From Bigelowiella natans CCMP2755 (taxonomy: Eukaryota > Protista > Cercozoa), in the NCBI GenBank assembly GCA_000320545.1, contig ADNK01001857.1, positions 1 to 64,000 of the forward strand: a stretch of DNA of 64,000 nucleotides, in the 5' to 3' direction. Each line of letters opens with the position of its first letter. Position 1 is the first letter of the stretch. Shown here piece after piece: positions 16,837 through 28,215 of the stretch. The notes under the pieces are model-generated. The model did not search any database. It was not told where the DNA came from and saw only the letters and a program-made list of their open reading frames with translations. Made by a program: the position numbers and the translations under genes.

Positions 16837-17416
16837 AAGAGGAGGAGGAAATATGGTTAGGAACAAGAGCCTTATGATGATGACGACGATGATGGTAGTA
16901 ATGATTGGTGGTAATTGGTGACGACTAATGTACTACTATCACTAAATTATTTCCTAGGAAAATTCTGATCAACCACAAAAAGACTAATACGGAGAAGGAG
17001 GAGGATGGGGGTGGAAGAACAGAGGAGGAGGAGGAGGAGGAGGAGGAGGAGGAGGGAGGGACACTTTCTTCCTCTTCTTCTTCTTCTTCTTCTTCTTCTT
17101 CTTCTTCTTCTGCTTTTCTCTCTCGGATTGGAAATATCAATCTTCTGGATGGTTTAAGAAGGATAAATATCCACCGTCAACAAGACGAGATATCATCAAC
17201 GGACACAGCAGCACCAACAGCAGCAGCCAAAATGAAGAAGAAGAAGAATATAATTAAGCAGAAAGAAACTAGTAAGTAGCAGAACCATTTGAACTACTAA
17301 AGCCTATCATCATCATCATCATCATCATCATCAAACCACACACAAAATTGCAATTCCCTCCTCCTTCTACCCTATTACTGATAGGATTTAGTAGTCTCGC
17401 ACAATCATCTTAAGAG

Positions 17417-17465
<49 letters not shown>

Positions 17466-19100
17466 AATCATGATTTTGAAGAAATGCATGGTCAAGTCAA
17501 TATGACGTCATCGACGTCGTCCTCCCCTCCATCAATCTTCTCGAGAAGTCCCTCAATTCTGCGCCACATTCTGAAACCGTAATAATGATAATAAGAAGAA
17601 CAATAACAACAATAACTACAACAAACGATGATGATTATAACAACACAGTAGTCGTAAGAGAAATAAAAAATAGTAATAATAGTCAACGCACAATGCTAAA
17701 TATAGACATATAGGAAGAGAGAGAGAGAGAGAGATACCAAATCACACCGCCATTATTATAATATATTAAGCAGTAGTCTCCTCTCTCTCCCTCTTTCTCT
17801 CTCTTGAGAATTCTAATAATAATAGGCTGGTTGTGGTCTCCGTACACGCTAGTAAGCACTTAAGAAAGAATAATGACGTTGCAGCTGTGCAAAAAGGAGG
17901 TGATAATGAAAAGGATATCTTAGAGAAGAAGAAGAACAACAACAACATGATGAGAATGTGTCAGAGTAATGGTAATAACAATAACACTAAGAATATCCAC
18001 TCTTATTCCTTGGAGCCTAGTAGTTAAATTCTTATTTGACGTTATCATTCTAACTGTTATAATCATTATTATAATTATCATCAGCAACATCATCATCACT
18101 ACCGCCGTCGTTGTGTAGTACAAGGAAGTGGACATGTGAAATGGGTACAGTGCTAAGATTCTGTATAAAGGCAAAGTCGATGTTACTGCTGTCATCAAGC
18201 ACCACCACAACATGTGCTCAAGGACGTGCTGCCAGCAGTAGTAGTTCTTCTTCCTCTTCTTCCAGTTATGTTCTCTCAGTAGTACCGCAGCGAAAGCAGC
18301 ACCAATGGAATGATGATGAGCACAGTAGTAGTAATGCCATAGAAATGGAGGAGAATAGGAAACTAGGACGATGCCACCTGGACTGCAACAACAACAACAA
18401 CTACTACTACGACTACTACTATGGCAGTGATCGCTACAACAGAAACAGCAGCAGCAGCAGAAGGACCTGTCATACTACTTCTACTACTACTCCTATTGAT
18501 AATTATGACAACGACAACAACACTGCTTCTTTCATACCAATAGGCCATGTACAATCACACATTCCATACAACGCTGAAACAGCATCTCATTGCAGAGAAG
18601 TAGATCATAATCATCATCATGCTGAGGACGGTGACAAATCACTGCAAACTTCAGATGTAGTACCATTAGCTCTGGATAACGATGATGGCTCTATTTCTTC
18701 TCCTTCCCAGCAGCAATTTGAGCACACCCAATCGGTGAAGTAGTAGCAGTAGTAGTAGTAGTAGTAGCAGCAGCAGCAGCGATATCCTAAATATTATATA
18801 TGATTAATATTTGCAATCTGTCTTGATTAACTGATGATGATGATGGTGATGATGATGATGATGTGTATGTGTGTGTGTGTGTGTGTGTTTCACATCAGAT
18901 ATTATTCCTCAAGACGGGTGAATTTCATTTCAAAGCTAAATGTTCATTTGTTAGTCCACAGCAACCACATTTGGTAAACATCAAATAATTGTGCACGTAA
19001 ATTTGTGATGATCAACTCGATATATCCATTTTCTTTAAAGGTTCTTGCTGAAGAGTCGTTTGTCGTAGAAGTAATTCCTCCCGCTGGAGAAAGAGAATGA
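547..19100 (+). CDS. TRS120: TRAPP II subunit Trs120/TRAPPC9, ~18.5 kb with dozens of small exons
   Basis: Stitched exons: MTSF...SIKIILAPLG (547-690); DSPFRNW; VHIRF; SDWEELHVHRK|AFAVIGVVHCPS; FQIYAFEPG..EVILFPNQ|DQEHTTFYITTILSDL; ARRQKYVADFCIL|AGAAIDARKYYKE|ALDLARQASDFIW|AGAALEGLAAC; C-terminal ILFLKTGEFHF..VLAEESFVVEVIPPAGERE*. These are colinear with recalled plant TRS120 and human TRAPPC9 motifs (WEDFQSNRKILAVIG..HCPS; GDY.LLAG; D..W.AGALEG). Middle exons are not all resolved. Confidence 0.92.
740..18890. repeat. Dense microsatellite field: (GAT)n, (GTA)n, (GAA)n, (GGA)n, (CA)n, (CT)n, (TA)n in introns and some exons
   Basis: Directly visible. The same pattern occurs at about 30000-41800, 46900-48700 and 54400-57750, and explains the homopolymer ORFs in the track. 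Confidence 0.97.
16316..16477. repeat. 54-bp tandem repeat x3 in a TRS120 intron
   Basis: Unit aaccatcaatatctcttgcttct(t/a)ctcaacattctccttcctctcctccttctc starts at 16316, 16370 and 16424. Confidence 0.93.
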
Positions 19101-19149
19101 TATCTTAGATTGGACGGATGGAGAAATAGAATGAGCATATCTTAAGTTG

Positions 19150-19247
19150 GATCGATGCTTGCATGCACAATGTTTTAGGTTAACTCTGATGCCAATGTAT
19201 CTCGAAATGGCTCGATGTAGCGCTCTAGTTGCCCACATGTTGCACAG

Positions 19248-19278
<31 letters not shown>

Positions 19279-19777
19279 CGTCCATGCGATGCGTGCAATG
19301 AAATAAGCCGTACGCAAGTAAACAGGTGAAGCGTGCTGTGTCACTGTTTTTTGCACATGTTGCATCTTGGCGAAATGTGTTGCCGACTACGATCCGATCC
19401 TGCATGCTCACCCGTTCACATCAAAATGCAGTTGTGAAGAAAGTCACAGCACACGTGACAACAAACGCCACACACCGCCATCGGCTTTCGTGTCGTTGCA
19501 CTTCTAGATTTGCTCGTGATGACTAGATGATGCACACCACCGAGCAATCATCGCTAGTGAAGTCATGCGTGTAGATGCCGATGTGGCTAACTAGCACACT
19601 GCTGTTGCGTTCATTTGACGATCAAATCAACACTGCATGTGCGTATGTTGCGGTGCATGTAGCTACCTAACCGACTCGATGACATCGTAACCGATCACAG
19701 TCTAGCAGTAGCGCATGCAGCATTCGTATGTCTAGATGTTTAGCATAGCATTCGTGTGTCTAGATGTTTAGCACACC

Positions 19778-19813
<36 letters not shown>

Positions 19814-19830
19814 ATGGCAATGAGTGCTCC
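19150..19830. other. TpA-depleted convergent (tail-to-tail) spacer between TRS120 and PNUTS-like
   Basis: Manual count for 19321-19640: 7 TA dinucleotides, all in CTA or TAG context. Rich in TGCA/CATG/CACA, CpG retained. Confidence 0.85.
19720..19775. repeat. 28-bp tandem duplication with two TpA-linked transition differences
   Basis: gcattcgTAtgtctagatgtttagcaTA (19720-19747) versus gcattcgTGtgtctagatgtttagcaCA (19748-19775). Confidence 0.95.
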
Positions 19831-19966
19831 GCACAAAACGTGACGTGGAATCGAATTATTATGTTCTTTAGTTTGATATTGTACAACCAAAGCAATCATT
19901 ATTTCGGATTCTGATGACTTGGGTAATTACCATCGACGACCACACACGCTAGCATGTGCATTTGAG

Positions 19967-20917
19967 TTATATTCTCTGAGTGTGAAGGAGCATCGGATTG
20001 AGCATTGGATTTCGTCCATTATCATTCTGTCTGTTTACAGGCTTTACTCGAATTTCATCATTCATAATCTTAACATTAATAGATCCTTTTCGTTGGCCAG
20101 CATCTCTCCAACGATGTATACTGTTTCCTGTTCTGCACCATCCCCTGCTGCTGCTGCTGCTACTACTACTACTACTACTACTACTAATATCTTGATGTGA
20201 TCCACGGTAAAAATACTGCTGCCTGCTACGATTTTCAAGCCGCTGCCGTGATGATGACGATGATGAAGACAACGAGTCTGTGCAGATTAGCATATATATA
20301 TAATCTCTTCTTACGAACAACAGATAAAGCATTCTTGCTGTGCAGGTACTTGATACTACAACTCATAACTACTACTACTACTACTACTACTACCTGTTGC
20401 GAGGAGTGTGAGAGATGGATGAGTATTCATATCGACTATCTCTTCCCCTCCTCCTCCTCGTCTCCCTGTCCTTCTCCAGCCACCACCATTTCCTCGTCCT
20501 CTTCCTCCCCCCCCTCCCCCTCTTCCTCCTCCTCCACCATGGGGTAATGCTCGCAATCGTTTTGCTTGCGGTTGTACAGCCTATATAAAGTTGAAGTAGC
20601 ACACAACAATAGTCAAGGATATAATGATGGTACTAATGATGAGAGACATATCATGATAAATAGAAGATTTGCACCCCTTTCAATACTGCATTTATTTCTC
20701 TAAAAATGCTAATCTTATACCCTTTTGCTGCCCCCCCTGCTGCCGAAGTTAGGTCTTCTCTTCTGGAAACACAAAATACCAAATCATCATCATCATCATC
20801 ATCAGCATCATCATCACAACCACCATTATTGCAAACTTCTGATCATCTTTTTTTTAACTCAGTAGGCACAACAACTTGATTATTTATATTTATACACAAT
20901 TAACTCATGCTTTATGG

Positions 20918-20952
<35 letters not shown>

Positions 20953-21337
20953 CACAATGAAATATGAAACAACCCTCGTCCTCTACTACTAGTAGCTACT
21001 ACAAACGACCCTGCTTTTAATCATTGGGACTTTGGGGACTTCTGATTCGTTGTATGATGGGGGGCCTTGAGGAGGATTGTTAGCCATTGTTGCTGCTGCT
21101 GCAGAAGCAGTGCAGCTCGTAGTAGATTCTCGGATTTTCTGTTGACCTGCCTCGCCGCTTTCCAGACCTCGATGAAATTTAGCTAAAGGATGCTCGATCC
21201 ATGCTTTGTTGTCCAGTAGAAATATAACATGCGAAAGAATACATAAATCAACAACTCAATGAGGTAGCAGCATGGTTTTATCTGAATGAAACCGCAGCTC
21301 TCTTTTGTACATCATAGCTATATTTGCCTCCTCTTTT

Positions 21338-21369
<32 letters not shown>

Positions 21370-22527
21370 ACGAAGTGGTTTTCGCCATAGAGTCAAAGGC
21401 CCGTCGTTGTTGCTTCTTACATTGCTCTTCTTCCTTCGGATATTTTGGTAGTGACGAGTGGTGCGAGACACCACATCTCCCCCACCTGCTGCCATAGGTG
21501 AAGATGGAGAACATGTTGAGGAAGCTTTGCCTTGAAAGCGGCGGCTCGATTTACTTGCTTCTTCAGGACGATGATAATTCGGAGGATCCATGATTTTAAA
21601 ATATCTTACATTTTCTAAGTTTAAGGCCCATCTAAGCTTTTCCTTTGCCTTCCTAGATTACAAGGGAGGAAGGATAGACAAGTAGTAACGATGTGTGTTG
21701 TTGTATTGTTGCACAGTACTGACTACTAAGTATAGCAGAATTCTATGAATTAAAGGCGGGACTAAGTTTTCTGGTGTAAAGAGAAGATGGTGCGAGGAAC
21801 CATTTCTTATCAATTTCTGTGGCGAAGTCACTAAATCCATCATTTGTATGTGAACATAAGCAACAGCTCGAAAAATGCTGGTGATAAAAAATAAATTATT
21901 ACTTTTTTGCTGGGTAATTTTGTGCCGATTTCCTAGTTATCGAAGAAGTGGCAGGACCAGGATCGCGTCCATAAATGGTCATGATTCTTTGGGAAAGTAC
22001 CATAAGACCCTTGTCGGGGGTATATGGCCTGGCTAGACTCTTGGCGCGTTGAAGCAACCCCGAATCTTGCATCTTGCTCACAGGAAACTTTAGTCTCATC
22101 TTGATGATCGCACGAAAGACACTTCGTGTTACTTCAGTACCTTCTGAAGTTTTGATCCATTGGTAGAGAATTTCCAATCCCTTACATTCTGCGAAGCTAA
22201 AAACAATTCGGCATTATCAAGTTCGGAGCAAATGAAAGGACACTTTGCCTGCATTCACCTGTTTATTGAGGACCGATCACGAGATAGCTTCGGGATTGCA
22301 GTCCTTAAGATGTGCATACGTTCGGATTCGTTCTGTGATCTTTTCAGCAGGTCAACGAACTTGGGGACTCTAGAAGAATGCATTGGCGCCTTTGGGTTTG
22401 ATCCGGACAATGCCTTGATTGCTGTTATTAATTCTGACTGGAAACCCCTCCGGGTGGGTGCATCTGAAAGAAGTTCTCCCGTGGGACCATGGATGAGCCC
22501 TTCATCCCGACCCGGTCGATATGCCAT
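19967..22527 (-). CDS. PNUTS/PPP1R10-like PP1 nuclear regulatory subunit (TFIIS-N-like domain, RVxF-type motif, RGG-rich tail)
   Basis: Phase-consistent exons: ..KFVDLLKRSQNESERMHILRT..N|SFAECKGLEILYQWIK..VFRAIIKMRL..MQDSGLLQRAKSLAR..LMVLSQRIM (TFIIS-N/LW-like). After intron 21653-21902: KKAKEKLRWALNLENVRYFKIMDPP (PP1 docking KLRW plus VRYF). Later GGGGRGGGGGRGRG. Confidence 0.68.
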
Positions 22528-22981
22528 CGGCAGGCAACTGCGGCGTGGAGTTCTGTCTGCTAGAACGATACGAGGCTCTAAAACCCGCCGGGACTTGATG
22601 ATTTAGTCCTAAATAGAGGGGAATTACATGCTACGTCATCTCACAAGAAATGCGACTACAATACAAATTCGACACTCCCAGAACGACAAGAGTTTGAAGA
22701 GAAAAAGCATATCATCACAGATAAGCAGAAATATACTGCATATTTACATGACGTACGCATAAAACCATTGCTGTTTGACGGAAAACTGAAAGAGCAACAC
22801 ATCGATTTCCAGCGGGTTAAATCTTAACTGTAATCATAGCAGCCATCAGCCTCCTTCGTCGGTATGGATGGAAGGGGGAAGAATTCTTTTTCTTTTGCAG
22901 TGGATCCACATTACGAACAATAATAAAAAGTCTCACTTCGGAAGGTAGACAGGAGGAAATCAGCTTTTCAGAGTATCTGAA

Positions 22982-24085
22982 ATGGAGAGGAAGGATGAAT
23001 TCACCGATCAGGACGCGAAGGGATCCTTCATGGACTCAAATAACATTTTGGTCTTGAAGCATCACACTTCAGACCCACTTGTTTATCGTTCAGCAGGGAT
23101 GCCAAGAATGAAACAACTAGTATTTTCTCAACATTCTTCTTTGGGGAGATCTTTAACACCTACAGGTGTTGGAAAAGCTGAGGATCCTAGGATGATATTC
23201 ACTCCAGCCTCGTCATCTTCTTCTGTTCCTCCTCTTCCGGAGGAAGTTAATGGAAAAACACTTATTCATTTCGATGCTCTACCAGCAAATGTTATCATGA
23301 AGAAACTTCGAAGGGAGCTCGATAAACTAGATTGTGAGTATTCCTCGGCAAAAAATAAGGTGTGTATCTTTAAGATTACTCTACTAGTGTCCGTGCCGTG
23401 ACTAAGTCTGTTCTTCTTCCAATTGAAAACTTAGATTGAAGGCAAGATAATCCAAGGTACCGAATTGTACCAATTTTGTGCCAGCCTTTATACCCTGGAC
23501 CCCAAGGAAGGCGGAAAAGTGAGACGCTTGGGTTTAGATATGCAGCTCCTTCAAGGCGAGAGAACTCCTTGGTTCAGATTTCTCGCAAGGCTTACCGAGG
23601 TTCTTGAGGGGAAAATTGATCACGATGTACGCGAATTTGTGGAAGGATACTTTGATCTCCCTGACCTCGAAAGCTTCTCAGGACAAAGTGTCGCACCTGA
23701 TAGGGAATACCTCAAGTCATGTACTGCAATGGTAGAGTCATGTTTTTTAGAAAACCAAGTGAGCGGGCTGAAGGGGATCAAGGAAATATTAGACATCTGT
23801 TCTAGAGGAGATATTCTGGCAATGAATCTAGCATTACCAGTTATTGAGACAATAACTAAGGCATTAGAGTCCAAGGACTTGACGGTTTTCCGTGTTGCTT
23901 CTGACCTTCTCTCCAGGGTTTTAATTTTACATCAAGACGATGCCAAAATCTGCGATCCACTTCAAGCAGTATTTAAAAAAATGGATATTTTTATAGCTGA
24001 GCAGCAAAAGGAAGGATTTGAGCTTCGATACATTAAGAAGAAAATAAGACAATGTCGTTCACTGTTGAAACTAGATGAATCATAG
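22982..24085 (+). CDS. Hypothetical protein with KA1-like domain and C-terminal ARM-like helices
   Basis: Two exons joined in phase by intron 23360-23434 (GT..AG). IMKKLRRELDKLDCEY..FCASLY..LDMQLLQGERTPWFRFLARLTEVL resembles the kinase-associated-1 fold. No kinase motifs seen. Confidence 0.7.
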
Positions 24086-24099
24086 AAAATAATAGAAAT

Positions 24100-25030
24100 G
24101 ATAAACTTTTAACCATGCCGTGATTATTCCAGAAGCTTCATGTGTGACGCAATGTACGCGTAACCTCTTGTGTGAGCGTGAACACATGTCACGACGGAAC
24201 AGCATCATCAAACATGAATAATTCATTGCAACATGCGTTACCACAGCCAGAGCTGACATGTCAACCGTCATGGTAGGCAGGCTATTATGAGGCGCATTGT
24301 TGTTCATATGTGCCTACTACTCTAGTACTGCGGGCATCAACATGTGTAGATCTGTTCCTAATTGCTAGATTGCTGCTGTGTGCATCTATGACTCTAGGAT
24401 TTGTTAGACAGATTGTTGTCAGCACACGAGCTATAGCTAGTGACATGGAAAATTACATTCAGCTATTGAGCTTGTGCTAGCTATATAGCTAGGCACATGT
24501 GTGTGGCTCGATCGCCGCGCCTGCTCGCACATTTGCGATTGCTGGATGTAAGCTTGCATCTTGTGTGCTTGTGCGTGGCTGCTATTTATTGGATGTGCCT
24601 CGTGCTTGTTCACATGCACCACATCATGATTGCACTTCATGAGCTCGCTTGTGCTGCGCGTGAGTGTCGTACTAGCTTGTGCATGTGTCATCGTGTCACG
24701 TCGATCGTGTGATGTCCCATAATGACGTGTGGCACGGATGCACATGTGGGTTGTGCACACGGTCCTACGCCATGCACGTGCTGGCGGTCACCATGCAGAC
24801 ACATGAATAGACACAAGAGCGCACAGATTAGAGATTGCGAAAAGATTCGTTGTACTGTCTGCTGAGTGTGTGGTGCGGCATGCAAAACACGAGATTCTTT
24901 TGTTGATCATTGTTGCCGAGAAGATGCGATGTTCTCCGAACCTACATCTGCTCGCTTCTCAAGCTGCTCTTTGATGCACAAAATGTTTCAAAACTGCTTT
25001 TGTGTTGCATGTTTTTGAAAATGTTGTAGT
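24100..25030. other. TpA-depleted convergent spacer between KA1-like gene and GAR1
   Basis: Only about 5 TA outside CTA/TAG context in 24490-25030 (manual count); TG/CA-rich, no microsatellites. Confidence 0.8.
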
Positions 25031-25032
25031 GT

Positions 25033-25953
25033 TTACCATCGACGTCCCCTTCCTCTACCACCCCCCCCTCTTCCCCTTCCACGACCTCCACCTCTGCCTC
25101 CCCTTCCTCGTCCACCTCCCCTTCCCCCTCGTCCACCACGGCCACGGCCACCTCGGCCACCTCGTCCACCTCGACCTCGGCCACCTCGACCTCGGCCACG
25201 TCCGCCAGATTTTTTAGGATTTGTGAATCGCGACATTGGGAGCAGTTTCATTGGATCGATAAAGAATGAATTTTTCTGTATGGAAATGTGCTATCAGCAA
25301 CAGCAAAATTTTTTGTTTTTATGAAAAGTTGTTTCTCCTCACCTCTTCGAACGAGTTTGAATTTATTCCAGGATCCAACTTTACCGTAAAAAAAGTCTCG
25401 TTGATGGGACCCAAAACCTAGATAAATATCACGGCTCAGCAGATTGAAACATAATATGTGGAAGCGATAGCAATATATCAGTGTGCACAGATGGTTGACC
25501 TCTTCAATTTTTCCTATTTTTTGCTTATTTTGGAGATATATTGGAGCGTTGAAATATGGGATCTGATGAAAGTAAATGAGTAACCGCTTTGATCCACTCT
25601 TTTTTCCAATCTAAAATTTCGTACCTTCTCGTTTGTAAGCTTACAAAGCATCTCAGACTCGCATGGGTGGATGAAGGTTCCAACTTCTATTAATATACCA
25701 AAAAAAATGCAAGCAACATTGACCCACCATAGTAATTGAGTAGGTGCGCTTATACTTTCTTTTGCGTGTTTGTGTTCATGTGTTTTCGTGTGTGTGTGTG
25801 TGTGTGTGTGTGTATGTTTGTGTGCGTTGTCTCACCGACTACAGTCGCGGGGGGTCCTGCATCGTAACCTCTGCCCCTGCCCCTTCCTCTTCCTCCTCTA
25901 CCCCTGCCTCTCCCTCTTCCTCGCGGACTTCTTCCGCCTCTGTTGAATCCCAT
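25033..25953 (-). CDS. GAR1: H/ACA snoRNP subunit 1 (Gar1)
   Basis: RGG-rich N- and C-termini flank the core GPPATVV|EVGTFIHPCESEMLCKLTNEK|IPYFNAPIYLQNKQKIGKIEE|VLGPINETFFTVKLDPGI..|FFIDPMKLLPMSRF. Confidence 0.96.
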
Positions 25954-26496
25954 TAGATGGATGTGTTCGGTGCGACGTCTTATTACTGAGTAGGATTGCC
26001 CCCCCCTGTTCTTGATTAGGCACCTGAGCTTGTTCGCTTGCTTGTATGTAGCTCCGTGGCAATTTCCCGTAATGGCTTGAGTTTATCATCTGCGACAAGT
26101 GAAAACATACCCCTTCTTTTCATATTCGAGTCTTACATTTTCTTGGCTCTTCAGTTGCATCATTTTAGTGTTGCGAGATTGTTTTGTCTGGTCTAGATCT
26201 AATGTCTTAAAAATCCAAAAACGAAAGTCAAATGTGATTTTTTTCACAACTGTACATGTAGTATTCTACCCCTAAAATAAAATCTGAAAATCAGAAGCTC
26301 AAGCAGCCACAAAGGGGAAAAAAAAAGTAACAAATTAAATTCAACGATGGTTAAAATCTCGATGATTTATTTGAAGTAATCGCATATTTGAATGATATGT
26401 CTTATTATTAGATGTACTGAACAAATCTATTGAAAATACCCACCAGAATTCAACCGCAAGGAGGAAGCGAAGCGTAGGAAGAGGACCTACCTCATT

Positions 26497-26668
26497 ATGG
26501 CGGTAACTAGAGACAGTAACTACCCAATATTAGTACGGACACAGTAATTTTCTCCCTATCTTCTCTTTAGGATTTAACGAAGTACGTGGACGCAGCTAAA
26601 GTCACAGCCCTAAACTACGGTGACACCTATGGAGAAGCTTAGAATTGGAAAGAAGAACATACAAAATA

Positions 26669-26713
<45 letters not shown>

Positions 26714-26714
26714 A

Positions 26715-26753
<39 letters not shown>

Positions 26754-27412
26754 AATATTACATACATATGTAATGTGACATTGTCCAGATAAATCCACAA
26801 AGCCGGAAAGTATATTTGGAGGGCAGGGACTTATCAAGAGTGATACAGATGAGCAACTACTCATAGTAGTTCCATTCACTGAGGTCTCCACTCTAATAAG
26901 TTGGCGTTTGCCAAATAACTCAGAATACTTACTCACCAGTGATATGTATTCTTTATAGGAGGTGAAAATTCGTCATATATCATTTTCTGCAGAGGGAAAG
27001 GAGGGTAATCAAAATATTTTTGGAATTAATAAATATCCATAATCTCTTTACACCACTCATTCAGGTATTGACTCGGCACCAAAGATAGTTAAAATCTTTA
27101 AAAATGCCGAAAGTATGGAATTTGAAGAGGCGGAAGATACAGAACCAACTGCACAGCTTGACCTTTCCGCTGACGACTTGAAAAATGCCGAGAAGCTCAA
27201 ACTTAAATTCACGAAATTTCAAGACGTTAATTCTATCACGATTTTCGTAGAATCCAATCAAGGTGATGAGGACGTGTCATTCTTGAGCAACGTGACATTC
27301 TATGGGCAGTCGAAGCCAGGTATATAGAAGGCTGGGGTTATTGTTTGTTTCTAAAAACTGAGGGGCGTGCTTTTTAGGAACTAATATGAAGGAGTTAAAG
27401 AAAGCTGGATGA
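26497..27412 (+). CDS. Stand-alone PITH-domain protein (TXNL1 C-terminal/PITHD1 family)
   Basis: MA|DLTKYVDAAKVTALNY|..LIKSDTDEQLLIVVPFTE|EVKIRHISF..|SAPKIVKIFKN..MEFEEAE..LKFTKFQDVNSITIFVESNQGDEDVS..FYG..|TNMKELKKAG*. The first coding exon is 6 nt (ATGGCG). Confidence 0.9.
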
Positions 27413-28215
27413 GGTTAATTGCGCCCAAGACTACGTGCTACGTGTTCTTTAGTTAATACAATTTAAAGGACATAGAAGCTCACCTTGTGCGCAAACCTTA
27501 AGTACGAAATGTACAATCAATGTGGTACTTACACTTCGGCCCTGTGAAGATGCAAAGCAAAAAGCCAACCAGCTTTGTGTTGGAGGATATCATACGGTGT
27601 TCGTTGATAATTTATAATTTCATGAATTGCAATTATCACCATGAACGATTTAAGAGGTAAAATATATACTACTAGCTTCCGTACCATCATCTTTCATTTT
27701 TATATATTCATTTGTGAACACTCACATGTGGAATGAGCTCGCAGATTTATAGAATTTAGTACTTAATATAATCTGTAAGTTATTCTGATAAGTCATGCAT
27801 GCCTTCTAGCCTTGTTGGCCTGCTTAGCTTGGCAGCACAGATGTGAGTATGATGAGCTGTAGAGCGTAGAGCAGTTGCTCAACATTTACGATCGCTGCCC
27901 AAATAAAACTAACGCTGTAGCTGCGCAGCCTTCGTGATCGCACTCGCTGCACACACGTGTCGATGTCACGGTAATCATATTTAATACTCCGCCTGCGTTA
28001 TATGTTGTCATAGAGCGTAGCGGAATGCGCACCGCTATGTCAGATGTAGCATTCGTAAGCACATCTAGCTATGCCTTATTCATATATTGTACCTGACACG
28101 GCGCGATTTACGTATCGTTTAATACACCACTACATTGCAAAACCATATGTTGCGCATGCTAGCTAATACTGGCGATACTCACGATAAGATTCACATTGCT
28201 TCATGAATCGTGCCT

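Noticed and set aside
641-18890. Many homopolymer-rich ORFs in the track (polyM/I/L/S/H)
   Set aside because: They are translations of intronic microsatellites inside TRS120 and other genes.
24942-25217. Alternative-frame ORFs over the GAR1 3' end
   Set aside because: Shadows of the RGG-coding repeat.
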